This document shows positions 48,517 through 58,652 of a stretch of DNA of 64,000 bases, piece after piece. Position 1 is the stretch's first letter; each line of letters opens with the position of its first letter. Source of the DNA: a virus (lineage: Duplodnaviria; Caudoviricetes); the IMG/VR virus record IMGVR_UViG_3300031867_004305, positions 117,043-181,042 of that record, one strand, 5' to 3'. The notes under the pieces were generated by a model. The model had not been told where the DNA came from, made no database searches, and worked only from the letters and a program-made list of their open reading frames with translations. The translations under genes and the position numbers were made by a program.

Positions 48517-48831
48517 ATGGATATCAATTATTTCAAAGAAATGAAAGATAAATTTTGGAACCAAACAATTGCCGATGAATTAAAAACAACATTTAATATC
48601 AACAATTGGGCTGAAAATTTATATGAGCAAATTCAAGATGATGTTGCGGCAATGGCTGCCTTTGTAACTGTTCTAAATCATAAATGCTGGTATTGGTATG
48701 ATAATCATAATGAAGAACTTTCTAAAATCTATTCAGACCTTTATTATAAGTATAATTATTTAGAATGGGATTGGCTTGAAGCTCATGGAACTGAAGAAGA
48801 AAAACATTGGTATTTTAAGACCTTGGATTAA
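48517..48831 (+). CDS. Hypothetical protein
   Basis: Promoter + RBS; VLNHKCWYWY motif. Confidence 0.6.
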   Translation: MDINYFKEMKDKFWNQTIADELKTTFNINNWAENLYEQIQDDVAAMAAFVTVLNHKCWYWYDNHNEELSKIYSDLYYKYNYLEWDWLEAHGTEEEKHWYFKTLD

Positions 48832-48843
48832 TGGAGGAGTAAT

Positions 48844-49362
48844 ATGAAAATTTATTTGGCAGGTTCAATATTTTATCACGGTGATGTTCTACGAAATACT
48901 GAATGGGCCGCAAAAATTCGTGCTGCAATACCTAATGTAGATTTATATAGCCCAATTGAAAATACTGAAATTAATGGGACAGAAGGCAAAAAGAAGTTCG
49001 CAGGCTCACAAGAAATTGCTAATGGTGATAATATTAGACTAAATAATACCGACATTCTAGTCGCCTGTATTGATGGAGATATTCTTCCCGCGGGTACTTG
49101 TGCGGAAATTGGCAAGTTCCATGAAAAAATTGAGCGTGGTGACCATAAATACGTTGTTGGTATTTGTACAGATAATCGTCAAATGTACCTAACTCATAGT
49201 GAAGCTAAAAATATTGGTGGTGCCGCCGCACTTGGAGAACAGCAATATAGTTATCAAAATCTATACGTAACTGGTCTAATTAAGCAAGGTGGTATTTTAG
49301 TATCTAATATTGAAGATGCTATTGCTTTTATTAAGGAAAAGGAGAATGAATTTGATGAATAA
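48844..49362 (+). CDS. Nucleoside 2-deoxyribosyltransferase-family protein
   Basis: IYLAG...YSP...D...GT.AEIG...NLYVTGLI. Confidence 0.8.
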   Translation: MKIYLAGSIFYHGDVLRNTEWAAKIRAAIPNVDLYSPIENTEINGTEGKKKFAGSQEIANGDNIRLNNTDILVACIDGDILPAGTCAEIGKFHEKIERGDHKYVVGICTDNRQMYLTHSEAKNIGGAAALGEQQYSYQNLYVTGLIKQGGILVSNIEDAIAFIKEKENEFDE

Positions 49363-50653
49363 TATGTTATATGGTATCAATGACAAGCCACAGACCTTAA
49401 AAGAATGGGTTGGTTATTCTTTTCAGGTTGTTTTATCTTGTATTACAGCAACACTTTTAATTTGTTTAATCGCAGGCACTAATCTAACTGCTGGTATGTG
49501 CGCCGCAGGTATTTCAACAATATTTTTTCTATTTATCACAAAATTTAGAGCTCCCATTATAATTTCAAATAGTGGTGCGACAGTTTCCGCAGTTATCGGT
49601 GCTATTGCTCTCGCCGGGCCAGTTCAAAAAAATTTTGCTGGGGTAATTTTAGGTGGCATAGTTATTGCTAGTATTTATTGCCTTGCCGCCTTATTTATTA
49701 AGCGATTTGGCGTAGATTGGATAACTAAATTAATTACGCCAGTAATGTCAGGAGCAATTATATTAATTATTTCTATTCAATTAGGGTTTTTTATTCCTAC
49801 TTATGCACAAATTAATAATTCTTATTCATTACTTGGCGTTGGAATAGCATTGTTTGATATGTTAATTACTTTACTTTGTGCATTTTATGGTAAAGGAATT
49901 ATTAAACGTTGGCCCATTCTTTTTGGTGTTTTAGGAGGTTATGTTTTAAGTTTAATTTTAACTCTAACCAATTTTGCTCCATTAGTAGATTTAACACATT
50001 TCCAAAATATGAAATTAATTACTATTCCTGATTTTGCATTTTTACATGTTTCGTTTAAAAATTTTGATTGGAGCGTTTTACCACAAATTATTATTAGTTT
50101 CGCATTAGTTTCCGCCGCGGCATTAGCCGAACATCTTGGGGATATGATAAATGCTTCAAATATTTGTGGAAGAGATTTTCTAAAAGATCCTAGTTTATCA
50201 AAAACGCTATGCGGCGATGGTTTAGGCTCTTTAATTGGAACTATTATTGGTGCTCAGCCAAATACAACTTATACAGAGAATCTTTCTGCAATTCTTATTA
50301 GTAAATGTGCAAGTGTGTATATTACATTACTCGCAGCAATAGAGTTAATTTTATTAGCATTCTTAGGGCCTTTTAATGCCGCACTTCAAGCAATGCCTAA
50401 TGCAGTATTCGCGGGAGCATCCATTTGCTGCTATGGCATGATTGGGGCAAGTGCAATGAAATACTTAAAACAAACAAACATTAACTTTGAAAATCAAAAG
50501 ACTATGTGGATTTTTGCTATTATGCTAATGGTAGGAACTTCTGGTTTAACGATTACTTCCGGAGCTTTTAATATTTCAGGTATTTGCCTTGCAATTATTG
50601 TGGGAATTATTTTAAATATTATTTTAAAAGATGAAAATCTAGAAAATACTTAA
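49355..50653 (+). CDS. NCS2 (uracil/xanthine) nucleobase permease
   Basis: Multi-TM; EHLGD; GDGLG; PNTTYTEN NAT signature. Confidence 0.88.
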   Translation: MNNMLYGINDKPQTLKEWVGYSFQVVLSCITATLLICLIAGTNLTAGMCAAGISTIFFLFITKFRAPIIISNSGATVSAVIGAIALAGPVQKNFAGVILGGIVIASIYCLAALFIKRFGVDWITKLITPVMSGAIILIISIQLGFFIPTYAQINNSYSLLGVGIALFDMLITLLCAFYGKGIIKRWPILFGVLGGYVLSLILTLTNFAPLVDLTHFQNMKLITIPDFAFLHVSFKNFDWSVLPQIIISFALVSAAALAEHLGDMINASNICGRDFLKDPSLSKTLCGDGLGSLIGTIIGAQPNTTYTENLSAILISKCASVYITLLAAIELILLAFLGPFNAALQAMPNAVFAGASICCYGMIGASAMKYLKQTNINFENQKTMWIFAIMLMVGTSGLTITSGAFNISGICLAIIVGIILNIILKDENLENT

Positions 50654-50728
50654 AAAAATCAGAGAAATGAGAAGAAATTAATATATTTCTTCTCTTTCTC
50701 CATCACTATCCCTATGGAGGGATTGAAT

Positions 50729-50926
50729 ATGACTTTAAAGGAAAAAATTCAATATCTAATTGACAACGGTTTTTCATTCAATCAATTAGGAAAAATTTGC
50801 GGATGCCATGCAACTAGTATTTCTAAATGGATGAAAACAGATTACAATATTTCCAAACGGATGGAAGAATCAATAGAACACCATATTCAATCTTTTATTA
50901 AACAATTAGAAGAAATATGGATGTGA
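50729..50926 (+). CDS. Small HTH protein
   Basis: SFNQLGKICGCHATSISKW. Confidence 0.6.
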   Translation: MTLKEKIQYLIDNGFSFNQLGKICGCHATSISKWMKTDYNISKRMEESIEHHIQSFIKQLEEIWM

Positions 50927-50930
50927 TTTT

Positions 50931-51758
50931 ATGGGAAAATTTATTGACATGACAAATTGGGTTATGAAAGAACACGGCGTTCCTGCTAGTAAAATAACCG
51001 TTCTTCATAAAAATACTAAAATATACCATCCAATAGAATGGTGGTGTAAATGTGAATGCGGAAAAATTTTCTCTGTTCGCGGAACAGAGATTCGTTCTGG
51101 CCGCACAAAAAGTTGCGGATGTTTACAGAAAGAAAAGGCTGCCCAAATTGGTCATAATAATCAAATTAATTTAGTTAATAAAACTTTTGGTTATTTAACT
51201 GTTTTATATGATTCTGGCAAAAGACGAAATAGACAAACTATTTGGCATTGTAAATGTGTTTGTGGCAATGAGAAAGATGTCTCCGAAGACGATTTAAAAC
51301 AAAGTAAAACGACTTCGTGTGGTTGTAGAAAATATTCTCTTGGCGAAGAAAATATAAAAAATATTTTAGATAAAAATAATATTTCTTATAAATATAATAT
51401 TGCTTATTTCCAAGATTTATATGGATTAAATAATTCTTTATTACGATATGATTTTATTATTTTTAATGATAATAATGAACCAATTAGATTAATAGAATTT
51501 GATGGGATACAACATTTTCAATCAGTGCCATTGTTTGGCGGTGAAGAAAATTTTAAAAATACTCAACAAAGAGATAATATTAAAAATCAATATGCCCTAT
51601 CCCATAAAATTCCACTTGTTCGTATTCCTTATAAAGAACGTGATAAAATAACCCTTGATTTACTTATGAGTGATAAATATTTAGTAGAAGATAAAAATAT
51701 TTTAGACATATTCTTACGTGAAAATTTAGAAGGGACTCCACCGCCTCCTTTATTTTGA
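50931..51758 (+). CDS. Putative homing endonuclease, paralogue of 26799-27542
   Basis: SCGC repeats; RYDF...IEFDGIQH; shared QYALSH.IPLVRIPY. Confidence 0.75.
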   Translation: MGKFIDMTNWVMKEHGVPASKITVLHKNTKIYHPIEWWCKCECGKIFSVRGTEIRSGRTKSCGCLQKEKAAQIGHNNQINLVNKTFGYLTVLYDSGKRRNRQTIWHCKCVCGNEKDVSEDDLKQSKTTSCGCRKYSLGEENIKNILDKNNISYKYNIAYFQDLYGLNNSLLRYDFIIFNDNNEPIRLIEFDGIQHFQSVPLFGGEENFKNTQQRDNIKNQYALSHKIPLVRIPYKERDKITLDLLMSDKYLVEDKNILDIFLRENLEGTPPPPLF

Positions 51759-52220
51759 CTTTAAAACAAAATTATGCTATACTTATTTTAGAAAGGAAAA
51801 AATATGATACAATGGCATGAATATTCTTATTTAGCAGAGACTTGCGGCAATACGCATTGTAAATATTTTGAAATAGATGGTTGTCATCATCCTTATGTAA
51901 AAGACTGTAAAAATGCTAGTTTATATTGGCCTTGGCAATTAGATTATGAAAATATGAAAATCTTAATTCAACGGAGAGAAGAATGCAACTCAATGAACAA
52001 CACATGAAAACAATTATCATGTTTAACAAAACCCATTAACGTGCTTGCTGGCACAAGAAACACAGAGCAAGAAAAAAGAACTACGCCCGAGCATGGTATA
52101 TGCTGAGAAGAGGAAATCAAATTTCTAGGCGAGAATGGAATAAAATGTTTAAGAAATAAATTAGAAATAATACCTATCTTATGATAGGATTATTTCTTTA
52201 TATTGGAGGTGTGTGATTAA

Positions 52221-52418
52221 ATGACACAGGCAGAGGATGTACTAAATACATTGTTTATAGATTTCAAACAAAAATTAAAAGATATGGGAATGAGCCAACA
52301 AGAAGCCGCGGATAAATTAGAAATTACTCGTTCACATTTAAATAAGGTTATAAACAAGCGAACAACACCCTCATTAAAATTAATTCAAGATATGGAGAAT
52401 TTTTGTTATGGAAAATAA
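52221..52418 (+). CDS. XRE-family HTH regulator
   Basis: MSQQEAADKLEITRSHLNKVIN...PS. Confidence 0.8.
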   Translation: MTQAEDVLNTLFIDFKQKLKDMGMSQQEAADKLEITRSHLNKVINKRTTPSLKLIQDMENFCYGK

Positions 52419-52593
52419 ACTTTATATAATCTATATGCCAAGAGTTGCGGCCGCATTACGCGATTTAGGATTTAAACTAATAAAAACTACTGCTAATATA
52501 AAAAAACCTCAATATGATGTTTATTGGTTTGAAGATACCCCTGAGTTGCGTGCAGCCATTCCTCAAGCTGCCGCAATAGCAAAAAAACACTGA
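52408..52593 (+). CDS. Hypothetical protein
   Basis: ORF overlapping upstream stop. Confidence 0.55.
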   Translation: MENKLYIIYMPRVAAALRDLGFKLIKTTANIKKPQYDVYWFEDTPELRAAIPQAAAIAKKH

Positions 52594-52611
52594 TTACAGG
52601 AGGAATTCAGG

Positions 52612-52950
52612 ATGATTACAGGTAAAAATAATGCTCCCGCTTTATATATAAATGGGCAAAAATGGAAACAACAAAACGAACAACGTATAAGTGTCGCGGA
52701 CAGACTATTGGTAGCAATAGGCAATAAAAAAGGATTAACAGCAAATGACAGGCTGCTACTTATAGTTTTAATAGGACAAACGGATGATCCGACTCGCCCT
52801 TTTCATCCATCAGAAAAATGGATAAGAGATAGAACTGGTATGTCGCATGATACATATATAGAACGGCGTAAATCCCTCGCGGCAAAAGGTATAATTGAAT
52901 ATAAAGAGTATGAATCAATTACTATTAATTTAGAAGCATTAGAAAACTAG
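52612..52950 (+). CDS. Winged-helix protein, possible replication initiator
   Basis: FHPSEKWIRDRTGMS..T....RKSL..KGII resembles initiator HTH; abuts the repeat array. Confidence 0.5.
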   Translation: MITGKNNAPALYINGQKWKQQNEQRISVADRLLVAIGNKKGLTANDRLLLIVLIGQTDDPTRPFHPSEKWIRDRTGMSHDTYIERRKSLAAKGIIEYKEYESITINLEALEN

Positions 52951-53250
52951 TCGGATTTTCCTACCTATTATTAGGTCGGAAAATCGTTCTATATTTTAGG
53001 TAGGAAAATCCGCCCGAACAAGTAGGAAATTCCTACTTATTATTAGGTAGGAAAATTCTACCGAGAAGTTGTCAGAAAATCCTACCTATAACATAATAAA
53101 AACATAATAAATAAACATAATAATAACAATAAAAATAATTATTGGAGCAAGTAGGATTTTCCGACCTTCTGATATTTACTGCTTCGCCCGCTGGGCTCCG
53201 CAGTAAATATCAGAACCGCTTCGCGGAATTTTCGCTCCGCGTGAAACGAA
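52950..53250. repeat. Iteron-like palindromic repeats + AT-rich tract + hairpin (putative origin)
   Basis: About 7 copies of GT(A/C)GGA(A/T)3(T)CC(T/G)AC; ACATAATAA x3; 16-bp inverted repeat 53167-53215. Confidence 0.65.
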
Positions 53251-53302
53251 TATTTGACACAATTTAAAAACTATGCTATAATAAGAAAAAAGGAGAAATG
53301 AA

Positions 53303-53665
53303 ATGGATATTCAAGGTGTAAATATTCTTACTCAACAAATAATTTTTGGTCCTATATGGCAAGGTATTGCTGCATGGGTTATTATAATGTGCATTACTTT
53401 TTTCTTTGCTATGATGTGGATAGATGGATGTGAAGATTGGGCTGGTCCTGTTAGTGCGGTTTGTTTTGCTTTATTTATTATTTGTTTAGCTTTAAATTTT
53501 ACAGATCATGATAAAACTTTTTTAAATCATCCATCTAAGATTGAATATACAATTGAAATAATTGATGACAATGCGTGGAAAGAACTTGGTCCCAATTATA
53601 CAGTAAAGAAAAAGCCTTATGAAATGAAGGAAATTTATGTGGTTGAAGGAGATTATGTAGAATGA
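53303..53665 (+). CDS. Two-TM membrane protein
   Basis: Promoter + RBS; two hydrophobic helices. Confidence 0.6.
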   Translation: MDIQGVNILTQQIIFGPIWQGIAAWVIIMCITFFFAMMWIDGCEDWAGPVSAVCFALFIICLALNFTDHDKTFLNHPSKIEYTIEIIDDNAWKELGPNYTVKKKPYEMKEIYVVEGDYVE

Positions 53666-53967
53666 TTAAGATTATTGGTCCCCGTGGAACAGGAAAGACA
53701 ACCAAACTATTTGAACTCGCACGCGAAAACAATGCTATGATTCTTACTTCAAATTCTCGTGCTATGAAAGAGAAAGCACGTAGTCGTGGATATAATGACA
53801 TAGAAATTATTGGCTATGGCGACTTGGACAGTGATAATTTTTCTCTTAATAAAAATGTTTTTGTAGATAATGCTGACGACGTACTCAACTGTTTAATCAA
53901 TAAGTTTTATAGTATCAAAGTAATTGGATATACGGCTACAATAGATGAAAATGAAACGAGGAACTAA
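53662..53967 (+). CDS. Small P-loop protein
   Basis: GPRGTGKTT. Confidence 0.6.
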   Translation: MIKIIGPRGTGKTTKLFELARENNAMILTSNSRAMKEKARSRGYNDIEIIGYGDLDSDNFSLNKNVFVDNADDVLNCLINKFYSIKVIGYTATIDENETRN

Positions 53968-54187
53968 CCACTGGTGGGAAGTGCGGCGATACCAAGGAGA
54001 TATCGCACTTTACGCCCATTGTAAATGCGGTTTCCAATACAACTGTTCTTCATATGAAAAAGATGAAGAAGGCTATTGGAAATCAAAAATAAAATACATT
54101 TATTCATATTGCCCGCATTGCGGTGCCTGCAAGAAATGGTATAATGAAGAGCCAAAGAAATATAATAAATATTCATGGGAGGGATAA
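53951..54187 (+). CDS. Zinc-ribbon protein
   Basis: CKCG...YCPHCG. Confidence 0.55.
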   Translation: MKRGTNHWWEVRRYQGDIALYAHCKCGFQYNCSSYEKDEEGYWKSKIKYIYSYCPHCGACKKWYNEEPKKYNKYSWEG

Positions 54188-54188
54188 T

Positions 54189-54440
54189 ATGCCTAATCAA
54201 CCAGATATTAACATTGTTGCTAATTTAGACGTAGACAATACTAACGCAAATGAACATATTAAAGAAGTTAGAGAAAATCTTGAAGAACTTGCTGAACTAA
54301 TCGAAGAAATTGAATTACCAGATATTCGTCCAATTATTAACTTTTATGGTTGCTCCTTTAACTTTGCAAACGATGGATGTGCAGAAGGAAGATATTATAA
54401 TGGTTCCGATATTTATAATCGAGGAAAGGAAGATTCTTAA
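54189..54440 (+). CDS. Hypothetical protein
   Basis: ORF in operon. Confidence 0.5.
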   Translation: MPNQPDINIVANLDVDNTNANEHIKEVRENLEELAELIEEIELPDIRPIINFYGCSFNFANDGCAEGRYYNGSDIYNRGKEDS

Positions 54441-55156
54441 TGAATAGAATTTTTGTCATGGGAGATAAACATTTTCCCGCAGAATATAAATATTTAAGTT
54501 TTAAACATTGGCCACTCGGCCATGAACTTTCGCGTGAAGATTATATAATTATTTTAGGCGATTTTGGAATTTGCTGGGATAATTCCGCGGAAGAAAATTG
54601 GTGGCTAGATTGGTTTAATGATAAGCCATGGACTACCCTTTGGATTGATGGTAATCATCAAAATTTTCCACTTTTATATTCGTATCCAATAGAAAATTGG
54701 AAAGGCGGCCAAACTCATGTTTTGCGGCCAAATGTAAGACATCTATGCCGTGGAGAAGTTTTTAATTTAAATGGTCAGACTTTTTTTACCTTTGGAGGAG
54801 CTCGTAGCGTAGATAAGGTTTATAGAAAAGAAGGAAGGTCTTGGTGGCCAGAAGAAATTGCATCCTATCAAGAGATGGAATACGGTATTAATAATCTTGA
54901 AAGATATAATTTTAATATTGATTACATTCTCGCACATTGTGCTCCAAATCATATAGTAGATATTTTATATCCTTATGAAAATCAACATGATGCAATGACT
55001 TCATATTTAGAGCATGTATGTCAAAGAACTCATTTTAATAAATTTTTTTGTGGTCATTATCATATTGACCGTTCATATGATGATCAAAAATTTAATATTC
55101 TTTATCAAGACATACTTGAAATTATGCCTGATGGAAGATGGGAGATAGTAGCATGA
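54440..55156 (+). CDS. Metallophosphoesterase
   Basis: GDKH, LGDFG, DGNH, GGARSVD, HCAP, GHYH. Confidence 0.88.
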   Translation: MNRIFVMGDKHFPAEYKYLSFKHWPLGHELSREDYIIILGDFGICWDNSAEENWWLDWFNDKPWTTLWIDGNHQNFPLLYSYPIENWKGGQTHVLRPNVRHLCRGEVFNLNGQTFFTFGGARSVDKVYRKEGRSWWPEEIASYQEMEYGINNLERYNFNIDYILAHCAPNHIVDILYPYENQHDAMTSYLEHVCQRTHFNKFFCGHYHIDRSYDDQKFNILYQDILEIMPDGRWEIVA

Positions 55157-55289
55157 TAGGAGATATACTTATTATTATTGTAGGAGCAATAATTACATTA
55201 GCCATTGTACTTCCTTGGATTTCTCTTTGGTCGTTAAATGGTATTGAACAAGAATTACGAAAATTCAGACAAATCATGGAGCGTAAATT

Positions 55290-55664
55290 ATGAGCCAAAA
55301 ATATGAATATAAAACAGAAATGACAACTGATATATTAGATTATATTAATTCCAATATTACATTAGAAGATTGGGAATTTCGTGATGACCTTGAAGATTAT
55401 CTCTTTAATGAATTATGGGCGGACGATTCTATTACGGGTAATGGTGGTAATTATTATAGTCTTGAATTTGTTTGTAATAATTGTCTGGCTTATAATCTTG
55501 ATCTAATGATGGAAGCTTGCGAAGGGTTTTGTGTAGATATGAAAACTCTTTTACAGCATTATCATGATGGAGATTTAGCTAGATATTTGGATTGTACTAT
55601 AAGATGTTATTTACTTGGGGAAGTTCTTTATGATGTTTTAAATGAAATTTGGAAGTCAGAATAA
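55290..55664 (+). CDS. Hypothetical protein
   Basis: LW.DDSITGN...D.TIRCYLLG motif. Confidence 0.6.
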   Translation: MSQKYEYKTEMTTDILDYINSNITLEDWEFRDDLEDYLFNELWADDSITGNGGNYYSLEFVCNNCLAYNLDLMMEACEGFCVDMKTLLQHYHDGDLARYLDCTIRCYLLGEVLYDVLNEIWKSE

Positions 55665-55731
55665 GATTTGACTTCTTATTTAATTTCTGATATAATATTT
55701 ATAGAAAAAAAAGAAAGGAATTAATAATAAA

Positions 55732-56388
55732 ATGAATAAGTCCGAATATATTGGTTTAAATTATGTAAAGAAATTTATTGATCCTGATGCGTATGGTATT
55801 GGAGGTTTTAATGCCGCTGCACCAGATATTATTTCACCTCGTTTAAATTCAATAATAGAAGTAAAAGAACCTGTAGCTCAGGCTGGTCAATTTGTAAAAA
55901 GTACAATAAATAAAAATCCTTTTAGCCGTGCTATAGCGGCTAAACCTCGTGAAGAGGTTACTCCAGAAGAAGCAAAAAATTGGGTGCGAGAGCACTATCG
56001 CCAAAAGGGAGTTGGATATTTTTTAATTGTAAATAAAGATTCTACTTGTACTTTCTATACTTTTGAAGAATTTTTTGCTAATTGGAATTTTAAAATTGAA
56101 TCAAGATCTGTAAAGGGTAGTGGGTCTAGCCCATTAGCAAAAAAATATTGGAATCAAATTCCAGAAGATTTATTAAAAATTGGATTAATAGATGGCTTTA
56201 ATAGTCGTAAAAGAAAAGTAAAAATTTGTCCTGATAAAAATTTATGGAATTATAAATACTCTTTTAAAGTTCTTTACGATGATAAAACCATAAGAGCTGC
56301 AGGGGTAAATGCAAATGGTATGATTTATGTAAAATCAACTACACGAAATGAAACTTGGATTTTTCAACTGGACGGTCGATATAAATGA
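55732..56388 (+). CDS. Putative PD-(D/E)xK nuclease
   Basis: APDIIS...IIEVKE; own promoter at 55668-55696; overlaps the methyltransferase start. Confidence 0.5.
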   Translation: MNKSEYIGLNYVKKFIDPDAYGIGGFNAAAPDIISPRLNSIIEVKEPVAQAGQFVKSTINKNPFSRAIAAKPREEVTPEEAKNWVREHYRQKGVGYFLIVNKDSTCTFYTFEEFFANWNFKIESRSVKGSGSSPLAKKYWNQIPEDLLKIGLIDGFNSRKRKVKICPDKNLWNYKYSFKVLYDDKTIRAAGVNANGMIYVKSTTRNETWIFQLDGRYK

Positions 56389-57329
56389 TAACTCTAATAG
56401 AATTATTTGCTGGTATTGGTACACAATATCAAGCATTTAAAAATAACTATGAAGTAAAATGTATAGGCATTTCAGAAATAGATCCTCGTCCATTAAAAGC
56501 GTATAAAGCTTTATTTGGCGAGCCAAATAATTTCGGAGATATTACAAAAATTAAAGAATTGCCAGAGTCTGACGTCTGGACTTATTCTTTTCCTTGTACA
56601 GACTTATCTATTGCAGGTAAACAAGAAGGATTTGAAGGAAAACATTCTTCCTTAATTTATGAAGTATATCGTTTACTTTGCGTTTCTCCGAAACCAGAAG
56701 TATTAATTATGGAAAATGTAGCTAATATTTGTAATACAAAATTTATGCCACAATTTCAAGATTGGATTGATACTCTTACTGAATTGGGTTATACTTCTAC
56801 TTGGAAAAAAATTAAAGCAAATGTTTATGGTGGAGCAACTATTCGTGAACGCGTTTATATGATTTCTATATTAGATGCTAATACAAAATATAATTTTCCT
56901 CCCACTATTCATCAGGACAAGGTTTTACAAGATTTTTTAGAACCAATCAAAAATGAATATTACATAGATGAATATCATGGCCCTACACCAAATACTATTA
57001 AAAATTTTTCTAATTCAATAAAGTTATGTGATTATAAAAATGGCGGGCAGGGGAATCGTGTTTATAGCCCATATGGAATGGGTGTAACACTTACCGCTAC
57101 GGGTGGAGGCAAAGCTGGTTCTAGTGGTGGATTATATTATCGAGAAAATAAAATATATAAATTATCTCCTATAGAAATGTGTAAGATCATGGGGTGGCCT
57201 AAAGAACAGGCTCAAATTATTTGCTCAGCTCTAACTCCTCGAGAAGTCGGTTTTTGCATGGGAAACGCAATTGATTTAACTGTTTTAACTAAAATAGTAG
57301 CTGGAATAAAGGAGCAAAATATTTTATGA
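56385..57329 (+). CDS. C5-cytosine DNA methyltransferase
   Basis: ELFAGIG, FPC, ENV, RERVY, GNAI motifs. Confidence 0.9.
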   Translation: MITLIELFAGIGTQYQAFKNNYEVKCIGISEIDPRPLKAYKALFGEPNNFGDITKIKELPESDVWTYSFPCTDLSIAGKQEGFEGKHSSLIYEVYRLLCVSPKPEVLIMENVANICNTKFMPQFQDWIDTLTELGYTSTWKKIKANVYGGATIRERVYMISILDANTKYNFPPTIHQDKVLQDFLEPIKNEYYIDEYHGPTPNTIKNFSNSIKLCDYKNGGQGNRVYSPYGMGVTLTATGGGKAGSSGGLYYRENKIYKLSPIEMCKIMGWPKEQAQIICSALTPREVGFCMGNAIDLTVLTKIVAGIKEQNIL

Positions 57330-57790
57330 AAATTTATTTAGCTGGCCCTTGCGATACTGAAAATCGCACAATTATGATGAATATTGCTTGGTGGCTTCGT
57401 CATGAACCAGGTTTTGAAGTTTATTGCCCTTGGGAACTTAAAATTGAAGATGCTTGGCACATGTCACAAGAAAATTGGGGCGCGCAAGTATTTTGGAAAG
57501 ATGTAGAGGCAATTGATGATTGCGATGTTTTTCTAATGATTAGCCTTGGAAGGCATAGCACAGCTGGTACAAATTGGGAACAAGGGTATGCTTTTGCGAA
57601 GAAAAAAGTTATTTATGTTATTCAAATTACAGAAGAAACAACTTCTTTAATGACTTTTTGCGGGTGCTCTCATTTTTGGAACTCAAATAAAAAGAATCTT
57701 TATGAAGATATTAAAAAGATTATTGAAGTGATTCTTGATCCGACTTTATTACTTTATCAACATAAAGAATGTGAAACGGTATTAACATAA
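57326..57790 (+). CDS. Nucleoside 2-deoxyribosyltransferase-family protein
   Basis: IYLAGP...D.EAIDDCD...GTNWEQGYA. Confidence 0.8.
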   Translation: MKIYLAGPCDTENRTIMMNIAWWLRHEPGFEVYCPWELKIEDAWHMSQENWGAQVFWKDVEAIDDCDVFLMISLGRHSTAGTNWEQGYAFAKKKVIYVIQITEETTSLMTFCGCSHFWNSNKKNLYEDIKKIIEVILDPTLLLYQHKECETVLT

Positions 57791-57959
57791 TGCGGAAAAC
57801 ATTTAAACAATTACGAGAATATTGGTCTTTCTTTAATTATTGCTATAATTGGGGGCCCTTGGCCAAAAGCTGAATGGATTTATGAAAATAGAATTGAGCC
57901 TATTGCCCAAAAGCATCCTATTTTAAATCTTATAGCATCTATTATATAGGAGAAATAAA

Positions 57960-58364
57960 ATGTCTAAATACCAAGAAATATTAGATTATGTGAAATGGTA
58001 TCAAGAAAACCATAAAGATAAAAATGGTAATATTCCAAACCCTATTTTTGAAATTATGCTTTTTGAATATCCAAATAAAGAAATGACTTATCCTACACCA
58101 GAAGGAAATGTTCGTTCTGGCTGGCCAGATACTGGTTGTATAGACCATATGGGATTTTACTATGAATTGGATACTGCAATTCAGGCAATGAATGAAAATT
58201 GGTGTGATATTCAAGAAACTTGTTACTATGCTGGTTTTATTATTTGTCGCTTTCCTGGGCTATATTATGCTGGAATTTCTAGAATGTATTTTCTTTGGAA
58301 CGAAGAAAAGAAAGGTTTCTTTGAAACAGAAGAACCGGAAATTTTTAAGCACGTTGCTTATTGA
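57960..58364 (+). CDS. Hypothetical protein
   Basis: GFY...A...N.CDIQET.Y motif. Confidence 0.6.
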   Translation: MSKYQEILDYVKWYQENHKDKNGNIPNPIFEIMLFEYPNKEMTYPTPEGNVRSGWPDTGCIDHMGFYYELDTAIQAMNENWCDIQETCYYAGFIICRFPGLYYAGISRMYFLWNEEKKGFFETEEPEIFKHVAY

Positions 58365-58652
58365 CTTTTTCTTTAATTTATATGAAAAGTATTTGTGCGG
58401 CGGTATTAAAGACGAAGATTGGGTGAAGATTAGAGATGGTAAAATACTTTTGTGATAAATGCGGGAAAGAATTATTTTGGTATGGAAATATTACGCCAAG
58501 TAATACTTATGCAAATATTAATATAATGGTACAACAATTTAATACAGATGGTTATAAAACTTATGACGCTCCATCAGGGCAATGGTTGGATTTATGTATG
58601 GAGTGTAAATATGGTCAAGTCAATAAAAATGAAGACTAGGTGAAGATTAGAG

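Noticed and set aside
52950-53170. CRISPR mini-array
   Set aside because: Repeats are short, degenerate and irregularly spaced; no cas genes
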